A program made the position numbers and the translations under genes. A model generated the notes under the pieces. That model was not told the DNA's origin and ran no database searches. It worked only from the letters and a program-made list of their open reading frames with translations. From positions 5,394,001 to 5,458,000 of the forward strand of contig NC_135908.1 of NCBI RefSeq assembly GCF_964194155.1: a DNA stretch of 64,000 bases. Direction: 5' to 3'. The DNA is from Cetorhinus maximus (Eukaryota). This document shows, one piece after another, positions 40,216 through 50,858 of this stretch (positions within the stretch are counted from its first letter, which is position 1; every line of letters starts with the position of its first letter).

Positions 40216-43114
40216 AAATGAATTATTGGACCCGCTGTATCTTCCTCCTTTAGCCTTTCGCTTTCTGTGAAGCATTGTGAAATACCCAGAGAGAACAGTG
40301 AGAATGGTAGGGGGAGGAACACATGTCTTCAATTATAATGCAATGTTTACAGAACTGAGCTTGTTTTTCATTGCAGATTGAAAAAAGGCAGAATGGAGCT
40401 CTTTTAAAATGGTGTAAGGATACGAGTGTGTAATTCATAGCAATGTAAACCTATTGTAATTGGAGGACATGCACACAATATCAGTTATCCTCAAAATGAC
40501 TTAAAGAACTTGCATTTAATTAGCACCTTATCACATCTCCAGGAACTCCCACAGTACTACACAATCAAATATTTACTTTAAGTGCAATAATTGTTATGTA
40601 GACAAACATAATTGTCACTTTATACACAGCAGCTTCCCACACATGAATGAATGACCAGTTAAATGCTTGTTGGTTAACAATAGAATGTTGGCTTGGACAC
40701 CTGGAAAGTCCCCATTCTTGGAATAGTGCCATTGGATCTTATATATCCACATAATAGTGGCTGTAATTTAACATTTGGTTTGAAAGATGACACCTTGAAT
40801 AATTCAACATTCCTCAGTGCTGCACTGAAGTGGCAGCCTCGATTATACAGCTATCATTGTAATATGCGTTCTTTAGATGTCTCAATTATGAGATCTTGAG
40901 ACTTGTATATTTAAACATGAACCCTTTATTGTTAACCATTAATTATTTCCAGATCCCAGGTTACTGTCATGCATGGTGCTATTACCTTCATGCAGGCTAG
41001 TTCCAGAGTGCTCTATCCAGACTGTTCTCTCAGTTTATTACCATGTGACTCTATGCATCATACCGTGGGTGGTGCTATTCTCCAGTCCCACATTAACTGT
41101 TGATTTATCAAGCACCTTTACATCACAATGGCATGCAGGCACATATAGCAGGTACAGTACCTCAAATCTGGCTATCCAAAAACCAGACATTTTTATAAGC
41201 TGCCATGCATTACCAGGACAATTTGGCTAGGTGCTGCATTGATGCAGTGGTGCGCCGGACTAGCTATCAGCTTTGTGTGCCAGCCTTTTCCCACGCTCAG
41301 AGCGATCCTTGACTCTACCCAACCCAGCTTTGCCTGATTTCATGTGTCTCCTATTAATTGAATTGAGGTTCTGATTTTTTTTTTTCTCCACAAACTGGCA
41401 AGATCTGAAATCGCACACAGATTCAGTCCCGAGGTTGCCAGTTTGAGTCACTGTACCTGTTAAGTCCTGAGGTGTGGCTTAAACCCAGAGACTTCTGACT
41501 TAGGAGAGCACTACCAACTGAATCAAGCTGACCTTGATCAGAGAAGTATTTCTGCCTACAGAATAATAGGTAGGAGTCAAGCTGTTCGTAGCAAGATTGT
41601 TCACTTAATTATCCTGATACCCTGCTGAAGTAAAGCCTAGGGTGATTGGTTCTGAGAAGTGACAAGTGTAGCACATGTGAAAATGTGCCTTAAGGTGAGG
41701 AACCTGACCAGGACATTCATGTGCTATTCATCTCATCTGTGGTTTGTGGCTACTTGCTGCATGAAAACTATCTGCCACATTTACTACTTAAAACAGTTTA
41801 GGCCCAAAAACACAGTTTTGCTGGTTGTAAAGTGTTAAAGACGTGAAAGTTGCTGTATAAAAATAGGTTCTTTCTTGCTCTCTGTACCATCTCATTTTTG
41901 AAAGAACTTGTCAAGAATTAAGCTATGAACTTTATGAGCCACAGATCATTTTGTAGAAGTGTTACTTGCGTCGGACTGCAGGCCAGACTTCCTGTTTTAA
42001 AACAGAAAATCAAAATGTGCCAAATTTTGAAGCTCAATTCATTAGAATTCACTTCCAGTTCTAAAATGAGCAAACTCTGCATTTCGTTTTTTGCAAACAC
42101 AGTTAACCAGAACAGCTTGCGCTTGTACTCTGACAGCAGGTGTGAAATGGAGAGAAGGTTTGCAACACAATGAAAGGCTCCCGGAAATTTTTATTCAGGG
42201 CACGTGGGTGATAATGGCATGGTTGTATTTATCACCAATCCCTAGTTGTCCTGAAAGGGACAATGCCTTGTCCTTGAACCACGACAGTGCTACTGCCACA
42301 ATGGTGTTAGGGAAGGAATTTCAGGATGTTGGCCCAGCGATATTGAAGGAACTGCACATATATCCATGTCAGAATGGTGCACTGTTCTGGGAACTTCAAG
42401 GATTTCTAGTAGCATTGTAGCTCTTGTCCTTCTCAGGGTAGGAAGATACTGGAGAGAATATTGCATACAACTTGCCCACACAAGTTCACGAGCTCTTGTT
42501 GAAGTTGCTGAAGATGATTGGGCTGGAGATACTTTCCTGAGGGACTCCTGAAAAAACATCCTGGGGTTGTAATGATGGACTCCGACAATCAAAGCCATCT
42601 TTTGCATCTTCTACGACTTGAGGTTTTTGCTTTTGGTCCCCACTGGTTTTCATTTTTGCTGGGTCAAAGCCAAATACTCCTCTGGCATTCACCTCATAGA
42701 ATCATAGTATGGTTACAGCACAGAAGAAGGCCATTCAGCCTGTTGTGTCCATGTTGGCTCTCTGCGTGAACAACTCAGTTAGTCCCACTCTTTTGCCTTT
42801 CCCCCATAGCCCTACAAATCATTTATTTTCCAATAATTATCTAATTCCCTTTGAAAGCTAAAATTTAATCTGTCTCCATAACACCTTCCAATGCCTTCCA
42901 AATCATAACCATTTGCTGCATAAAAAGAGTTCCCTCATGTCGCTGATCATTTTAAATTGGTGTCCTCTGGTTCTCAACACTTCCACCAATGGGAATAGTT
43001 TCTATCCACTCTGTCCTGATCCCTTATGGTTTTGAATACTTCCATCAAACCTCCTCTCAACCTTCTCTTCTCTTCTTTTACCTTTTCCAATCTATCCACA
43101 GGGTGGGCGCTAGC

Positions 43115-43470
43115 AGATGGTGGCATAGTGGTATTGTCACTGGACTAGTAATCCAGGGGCCCAGACTAATGCTCTGGGGACGTAGGGTTCAAATTCTACC
43201 ATGGCAGCTGGAATTTGAATTCATTCATAAATCTGGAATATAAAGCTAGTCTCAGTAATGATGACCATGACAACATTATCGAAACTTTTAAAAACATGCC
43301 CTTTAGGGAAGGAAATCTGCTGTCCTTACTTGGTCTGGTCTACATATGACTCCATGCCCACAGCAATGTGGTTGACTCTAAATGGCCTAACAAGCCCCTC
43401 AGTTCAAGGGCAATTAGGGATGGGCAACAAATGCTGGCCTTGCCAGTGACACACACATCCCATCAAAAAA
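43115..43470 (+). mobile_element. tRNA-derived SINE
   Basis: A box TGGCATAGTGG, B box GGTTCAAATTC, LINE-like tail. Confidence 0.8.
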
Positions 43471-43489
43471 TAAAGGAGAAAAGGGTCCA

Positions 43490-44159
43490 CAGCGTCACTT
43501 CATGATATCAAGAAGCAGCTGAGGGCACTGGATACAGTGAACCCTAACACTATCTTGGCAGTAGTACTGAAGTCTTGTGCCCCAGAACTAGCTGCAGCCC
43601 TGGAGAAGTTGTTCCAGTACAGTTACAACACTGGCATCTACTGGACAATGTGGAAAATTGCCAAGGTATGTCTGATCCACAAAGAGCAAGGCAAATTTCA
43701 TCTGGCCAATTACTGCCCCATCACACTTCTCTCAATCATCAGCAAAGTGATGGAAGGTGTCATCGACAGGGCTACCAAGCAGCACTTCCACAGCAATAAC
43801 CTGCTCACCGATACTCAGTTTGGGTTCTGCCAAGGCCACTACTCAGCTCCCGACCTCATTGAAGCCTTAGTTCAAACATTGACAAAACAGCTGAACTCAA
43901 GAAGTGAGGTGAGAGTGCTCTTGACATTTGACTGTAGGGACCCTAACAAAATTGAAGCCAATGGAAATCAGGGTAAAATATCTGCACCGGTTAGAGTCAT
44001 AACTAGCACAAAGGCAGATGGTTGTGGTTGTTGGAGGTCAATCAGCTCAATCCCAGGACATCACTGCAGGAGTTCCGCAGGGTAGTGTCCGAGCCCAAAC
44101 CATCTTCGGCTGCTCATCAATGGCCTTCCCTTCATCATAAGGTCGGAAGTGGGGATGTT
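43490..44159 (+). mobile_element. LINE RT fragment, 5' part (continues at 51797 after the ERV)
   Basis: VLKSCAPELA..L..LF, WKIAKV..IHK, NYCPITLLSIISKVME, QFGF; ends at ...EVGM(F). Confidence 0.9.
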
Positions 44160-44613
44160 TGTGGTGGCCTAGGCAAATAGGGAATCCACATAGTACTAAA
44201 AGGGTTAATGGAGAAATCAAATTAAATGCTTAGGCCTAAGAGAAAAGTACTGTAACCTTGAAGAACAATACCATCTTGTCTGACCACTGTTGTAGGATGA
44301 GCCCTGAGACATTCCATGTTGTTGTTTCTCAGGCCGAATGTAATCAAAGTTGTGATAACCAAGTGCGTAGGCATCGCATCTGTTGTGGTGGGAATGGAAA
44401 TTAATTAAAACATGGATTGGTCAGTTAACGTATGCAAATAAACGGATTGAAATATGCAAATTTTACTGATTGGTTGTAAAATGTTTTTAAGCAAGTGTTT
44501 GTGTATTCTGCTTTGAGATGATACAATAGCTCTCGTATTGTTCTCCCTTGTGCACAAGTAATAAATGGGGTTTCTATGTATTAATGATGCCTCGGTGTGA
44601 TTAATCTCCGACA
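44160..44613 (+). repeat. 5' LTR (454 bp)
   Basis: TGTGGTGGCC...TCTCCGACA; ATTGG boxes, octamer-like ATGCAAAT, AATAAA ~44560. Confidence 0.97.
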
Positions 44614-44618
44614 GTTTC

Positions 44619-44636
44619 TGGAGGTTCCACCGAGAT
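44619..44636 (+). promoter_or_regulatory. Primer binding site for tRNA-Gln
   Basis: TGGAGGTTCCACCGAGAT is the exact complement of the 3' 18 nt of vertebrate tRNA-Gln(CUG) (ATCTCGGTGGAACCTCCA, recalled). Confidence 0.92.
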
Positions 44637-44778
44637 GACTAACCCCCTGGGGTTGAGTCACGGAGCGCCAGCGTTAGGACCTCGCGGTTCAAGGACTCCT
44701 CAGTCCGCGGCAGCCCCATTTGGGCTTCTGGGGTTCGTTGACCTGCGATCTGCTTTCGCCTGCCTGTGGCCTACTCTT

Positions 44779-44787
44779 AGGGTAAGT
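44779..44787 (+). promoter_or_regulatory. Putative major splice donor of the provirus
   Basis: AGG|GTAAGT in the leader, ~50 nt upstream of the repeat array. Confidence 0.7.
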
Positions 44788-44831
44788 CATCTCTTTAAGT
44801 ATTTAGGGGATTAGTCTGGTCAGTAATTTAG

Positions 44832-46060
44832 TTCGGGTTCGAGTCCCCGGAGTTGAAAAGTAGTATTAGTGTACTCGGTGTTCGAGTCCCCGGAGTTGAA
44901 AAGTAGTATTAGTGTACTCGGGGTTCGAGTCCCCGGAGTTGAAAAGTAGTATTAGTGTACTCGGGGTTCGAGTCCCCTGGAGTTGAAAAGTAGTATTAGT
45001 GTACTCGGGGTTCGAGTCCCCGGAGTTGGAAGTAGTATTAGTGTACTCGGGGTTCGAGTCCCCGGAGTTGAAAAGTAGTATTAGTGTACTCGGGGTTCGA
45101 GTCCCCGGAGTTGAAAAGTAGTATTAGTGTACTCGGGGTTCGAGTCCCCGGAGTTGAAAAGTAGTATTAGTGTACTCGGGGTTCGAGTCCCCGGAGTTGA
45201 AAAGTAGTATTAGTGTACTCGGGGTTCGAGTCCCTGGAGTTGAAAAGTACTATTAGTGTACTCGAGGTTCGAGTCCCCGGAGTTGAAAAGTAGATTTAGT
45301 GTACTCGGGGTTCGAGTCCCTGGAGTTGGAAGTAGATTTAGTGTACTCGGGGTTCGAGTCCCTGGAGTTGGAAGTAGATTTAGTGTACTCGGGGTTCGAG
45401 TCCCCTGGAGTTGGATGTAGATTTAGTGTACTCGGGGTTCGAGTCCCCTGGAGTTGGAAGTAGATTTAGTGTACTTGGGGTTCGAGTCCCTGGAGTTGAA
45501 AAGTAGTATTAGTGTACCCGGGGTTCGAGTCCCCGGAGTTGAAAAGTAGTATTAGTGTACTCGGGGTTCGAGTCCCTGGAGTTGAAAAGTAGTATTAGTG
45601 TACTCGGGGTTCGAGTCCCCGGAGTTGAAAAGTAGTATTAGTGTACTCGGGGTTCGAGTCCCTGGAGTTGAAAAGTAGTATTAGTGTACTCGGGGTTCGA
45701 GTCCCTGGAGTTGAAAAGTAGTATTAGTGTACTCGGGGTTCGAGCCCCTGGAGTTGGATGTAGATTTAGTGTACTCGGGGTTCGAGTCCCTGGAGTTGAA
45801 AAGTAGTATTAGTGTACTCGGGGTTCGAGTCCCTGGAGTTGAAAAGTAGTATTAGTGTACTCGGGGTTCGAGTCCCTGGAGTTGAAAAGTAGTATTAGTG
45901 TACTCGGGGATCGAGTCCCCGGAGTTGGAAGTAAATTTAGTGTACTCGGGGTTCGAGTCCCCTGGAGTTGGAAGTAAATTTAGTGTACTCGGGGTTCGAG
46001 TCCCTGGAGTTGGAAGTAGATTTAGTGTACTCAGGGTTCAAGTGCCTGGAGTTGGAACAG
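44832..46060 (+). repeat. Tandem array of ~29 units, 42-44 bp (TAGTGTACTCGGGGTTCGAGTCCCCGGAGTTGAAAAGTAGTAT), each with a tRNA T-arm/B-box
   Basis: TTCGAG recurs at 44838, 44881, 44924 ... 45995, then degenerate at 46037. Confidence 0.97.
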
Positions 46061-46210
46061 TGTGTGTGTGCTCAGGGTCGGGAGCCCGGGGTTCGGGACC
46101 CTTGGAGCGTTTGAGTGGACTGATTGGTGAAGGTTCCTTGTAGTAGTAGACTGGGGGTCAGGGACCCGCCAAAGACTGGCCTTTTTTTTTGTGTATATTA
46201 TTAAATAAAA

Positions 46211-46399
46211 ATGGGTAATCTGGCATCAAAGAAACCCCAGGTTCCCCCTTTGAAGGGAACCCCAAATGCTTATATGTATGTCCATTACGGTCCTGAAATT
46301 GTCCAATATGTTTCTGATTGGGTTAAATGGACTCAAGGTAAAGGAGAGAGCTTCCCACCAGATGGAACTTTTCATCGGGACAGAATTGAGCGCTTATAA
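46211..46399 (+). pseudogene. gag: Truncated gag (matrix N-terminus)
   Basis: MGNLAS myristoylation-type start; W..WT......FP.DGTF motif of gamma/epsilon-like matrix; premature stop. Confidence 0.8.
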
Positions 46400-48299
46400 T
46401 ATGTTTTAAGGGAGGTAGATAGTCCGCTACTGAATTTTCTGTAACTTAAAAAAAATGAATTGATCTAAGTTACAAGAGCTGTTTGTGCTGTAGAGAGAGA
46501 GATAGAGGGTACCCCTAGGGGGTTAATGAGCAATTGACAAGCAGTAGCAGAGAAAATGTGAGCTTTCGTCAGTTTGAAGTTCCCTATAGGTGGAGCCTTC
46601 AAGATCCCTTTATTCCCCCCACTGCTACTTGAAGCTTCGTTTAGAGTTAAGTTCAATATTATAGGAATATCGATACATACCTTTGTCTATGTGTTTGTTT
46701 GTGTGCAATGAAGCATTTGTATGTGAGCTTTAATGTGTTTTCTTCCCTGAATTGTCTTTTGTGTGTGTAGTTGAGCACTTTGGAGTCAAAAGCCCCATAT
46801 TAGATTAAAGGAAAAGTACACTCAAACATTCCAAAGTTTTGAGTATAAGGTCTGAGTTGAGATTTCTGGCAAAAATCGTAATTTGAAGGTAGTGTAAAGA
46901 TAAAACAGGGCTTGCCTTTGTTTGAGATGAACCAACCCTTGTACCAGCCCCTTGCAGACTAGTAAGGAATAACCCTCATCATCAGCTTCCAAGCTGATTG
47001 GGATTGATACATACGAATGACATTAACTCATACGAGTTAGTATTCTAAAAATTCTGAGGAAAAATTACCTGAAGTTCAAGGGATTCTAAGAAAACCAAAA
47101 GGCATAAACACACGGTCTAAGTGGTTCCAATGGATAAAAAGGGGTTTCTTTTGAAGAGATTAATTAGATGGGAAAGGAAATCTGCATCCCAACAGCACTG
47201 TAATTTGAATTTGGGACAATCTTGAGATGTAAAGTGCAGTGTAATTTAACAGGTTACTTTTGAATCACTGGGATGCTATCTAAGATAAAGAATGTGTCGA
47301 TAAACATACGGAAATTATAACTTGGATACAAATCATTACACATGAAAAAGAGGTTGTTTTAATTTTGATAGTGTAAATTACAGTTCTTACAAAGTTTAAA
47401 AATTTGAGGTTTGGTTCTCGATAAAGTTCTCAAAAGGGAATTTTCATTTTAAAATACAAATGCTGCAAGCTTTTGTATTTGTAAAGTCTGTTCCCAAAAT
47501 ATGAAGCTAAGCTCAAGACCTTGACAAAGTTTGGCAGAAATCCAATTTTTGGCTGAGTTAATGAATCTGGGATAATTCTAAAAGAAAAGGGTCAGTCACA
47601 ATTTAGTGGGTTACTTTTGAGACAATAAAATGTTTGAGAAGAAGACAAGGACGCAAAACATGTCAATACCTGATTTCTGTTTTTAAAACTGTTATGAGAA
47701 TATTTTATTTATTTTAAAGTCTCTCCAGGCAACCTGAACAAGATAAGATGGTAGCTGTGGCATGTGTAAAATGGTATGAGGCAAATAGGAGAATGAGGCA
47801 GGGAAAGAGGACATAATGTACAAACTGTTTTAAGGGAAATGAATTTGATAATCTGGCCATCAACTGAGGCATTGGAACTGCCTAAGGAGTAAAGAAACAT
47901 TTTAAACAATCAAGACAATAGAGAAACTGACTTCAAGAGAATCAGAAAAAAAAACCTTAGAGGTAAAATTATTCAGTGTCTGCAGTTGAGGCAATTGAAG
48001 GACAAGGAGAAATAATACTTAACAATTTACTACAAGATAGATACAGGTAAAGGGAAAGTTGGGAAAAGGCTAAATAGATGTATTACTGATTATATTAATG
48101 TGCCTGCGAGCTACAAAAAGTAAGACCACAGGATTAACACCTTGATTACAGGCAGAGTTAAGCGGTTCCCAGAGAGAACCATCACTGGAAGTGAAGATAC
48201 TGAGCCATTTAAAGATAGGATACGAAGGTGCATTGTAGAGTTGTTTAAGGAATTGAGGTCTGACATGAGACAGCAGCAGGAGGGAGTAAACTGGAAGGA

Positions 48300-48870
48300 G
48301 TGGGGATGCCTACCCAAATGGATTCAGATCAGGTAACTCATTTCACAGGGAGAGTCATTAAAGAAGTGTGTAATCGTATGGAGATTAAACAGAAATTCCA
48401 TATTCCTTACCACCCCCAGAGTCCAGGGATGGTGGAAAGGATGAACTGAACTTTAAAAACATCTATAGCCTAAGCAATTCAGGAGACAGGCAACAGTTGG
48501 GCCACGGTATTGCCCAGCATTCTGATACGCCTTAGGGCTACACCAAACAGGACCACCAGGTTCACCCCATTTGAATTGATAACAGGAAGGGCCATGCAAT
48601 TACCTGAAGGCATTATAGTAGGAGGTGTGTGGCCACTGAAAGGAAAAATACAGGACAATGTAAGGGAATTAAGTAGGCAATTACATGAGTTGAGAGGAAG
48701 TTAGAGACTGACAGATGATTAAGGATATGGAAACAGGCAAATCCAAAGAGCAACAATGGATCCCCCAAGTGGGGAATAAGGTAATGGTCAGGGTGAGCTT
48801 GGAGCGAACAGGCATGGACCATAGGAGGTAATTATGACAGGTGATACATGCGCACTTGAAGATATGAGAA
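48300..48870 (+). pseudogene. Integrase remnant 1
   Basis: GMPTQMDSDQVTHFTG...FHIPYHPQSPGMVERMN*TLK...WATVLP...LRATPNRTTRFTPFELITGR, with stops. Confidence 0.88.
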
Positions 48871-48901
48871 CGGGAGCCGATGTTATTGTTTCTACTGATC
48901 T

Positions 48902-49872
48902 ATGTTACTGGTCGTGGGCGTATCAGTACTAGCAACAAGGTCGGGGAACATCACTGCTCATCCTGCACCGCAGGAGGAACTTTGGTACAGCACGGACAGT
49001 GCCGAATGCGACACGCAACAGGGAATGATAAATGTAACAGTAGGAGAACAAGTGCTTTCAAATTATAGTAATGGTTTGCTTCAGATCGGGCGTGGGAGGT
49101 CTGCCACTACCCAGCCACCTTCCGTATCTACTTCCACAGTCCGAGTAGAGATAATTGAAGCCCCTCAAACCACACTGACTGACCCATCTTGTCCGACTAT
49201 GCATCCAGGACCGGCGAATGGTTTGGTACTGGTTAATCAGAAGTTTTGTCTGATAATGTACACCATGAGCTGGTACCCATAATCTTGAATGTATCCGGTG
49301 TCATCCTGCCCCAGTGGTGCTCAACCCATACCCAAGCACTCTATACGGCTCTGACGCGCCAGTTGATGACTGAAGCAGTTCAGTTCAATGGCAAGATGCT
49401 ATCAGGCTTGGGAGGGAACAGCGTTAAGCGCAGCCTGAGAAATGACGCCGCTACGACATTCAATATAGGGACATCATTGGTTAATCCAAAGCCTGGCTAC
49501 CGTGCTCGGAAGTCATGTGGGGATTATCAATAAATTAACTGAAATAGGGAAAGATATTTCAGACGAAGTGAGCAGAAATGATGTATGCAGCACCTATGGA
49601 TCTTGGGCACTGGAACAAGCCCAAGAAAATTTAAGACAGATTAATGAAGGGGTAGTCCCTTTATGGGTAACTAATGAGCATTTATTGAATCTCTCATGAC
49701 ACAAGAATCATGACTTGACCGATTGGCAGCTCAGAGGTTTAACACGTGTATATAGAATGAATGTTGAATGTATAGTGAATAGTAATATGCTAATAGGCAT
49801 TGTATTTGTAATACCTGTCATACCTATGTCAACACCCGGCAGGACATTATATAGAGTAGAAAATATTGGGGC
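48902..49872 (+). pseudogene. Env-like glycoprotein remnant 1 (not obviously gamma-type)
   Basis: Follows IN1; signal-like MLLVVGVSVLA, N-glycosylation sequons (NIT, NVT, NYS, NVS), basic cleavage-like VKR/SLR followed by FNIGTSLVN; spread over several frames. Confidence 0.55.
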
Positions 49873-50830
49873 AAAGTGGGGGATGAACAGAATGGCACAA
49901 CAGATGTGGGGTGCGCCTGGGTTTTTTGCCATGGCAGCTAAAATCACTTCACAATATCTGCTTTGTCAACAACATAACCCAGGCAAGACATCCTCAGTGA
50001 CTGCTGGTGCAGGACCCCAGCCATGGAGCCCGTTTGTACACCTACAAATGGACTTTATACAAATGCCTAAATGTATGGGATATAATTATGTTTTAGTTCT
50101 AGTATGTTTGTTCTCGCAATGGGTGGAGGCGTATCCCACCCGATGAAATGATGCTGTTATTGTTGTAAAATTGTTGTTGTTGTGAATACATACCCAGATT
50201 TGGGATACCAGAGATTTTATCGAGTGATAATGGGCCTCATTTTACCGCTAAAGTGATAAAGGAACTGTTGAAGGTCTTACAATGCAACCATCACCTTTCC
50301 TGCCCATACCACCCCCAGTCTACTGGGGCGGTGGAAAGACAAAATGGTATTCTGAATAACAAACTAGCTAAATTATGTGAAGAAACCGCTTTGAAATGGC
50401 CTGAAGCTCTACCCTTGGTGCTCATGACTATGCTCTCTCACCCTAACCGTACCACCTCCCTCTCTCTTTATGAAGTTGTAATGGGATGTCTTATGCGCCT
50501 ACCAGTGGCCCCACCTTTGTCTGCTAGGGAAATGGACATCCACACTATGGATGAGGGAATGATTACATACTGTATAGTGCTCACTAATTCTCGCAAAAGC
50601 TTGCATATACAGGTAGTAGAAGCTCAGAAAAAGCCCACCATTGAAGATTGCCATCAATACCAGCCCGGGGACCCAGTCCTAGTAAAGACCTTCAGGAGAA
50701 AGAACCGTTTGGAACCTCGATGGGAGGGGCCTTTCCAAGTCCTGCTCACCACCCATACAGCTGTGAAGGTTGAAGGACGTCCCTTGTGGATCCACGCTTC
50801 GCACGTCAAGCGGACGCTGACCTCGGACGG
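49873..50830 (+). pseudogene. Integrase remnant 2 (near complete)
   Basis: CQQHNPGK, PFVHLQMDFIQMP, FSQWVEAYP, PRFGIP..LSSDNGPHF, YHPQSTGAVERQNG, PGDPVLVK, WEGPFQVLLTT.TAVKV, WIHASHVK. Confidence 0.95.
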
Positions 50831-50858
50831 AAGTGCAAGAACTTTAACAGCCGTCAGA

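Noticed and set aside
44832-46060. CRISPR-like array
   Set aside because: Units are contiguous repeats with no unique spacers, there are no cas genes, and the context is a eukaryotic retroviral leader.
44832-46060. Cluster of real tRNA genes
   Set aside because: Units are only 42-44 nt and lack an anticodon arm and acceptor stem, so no cloverleaf is possible.
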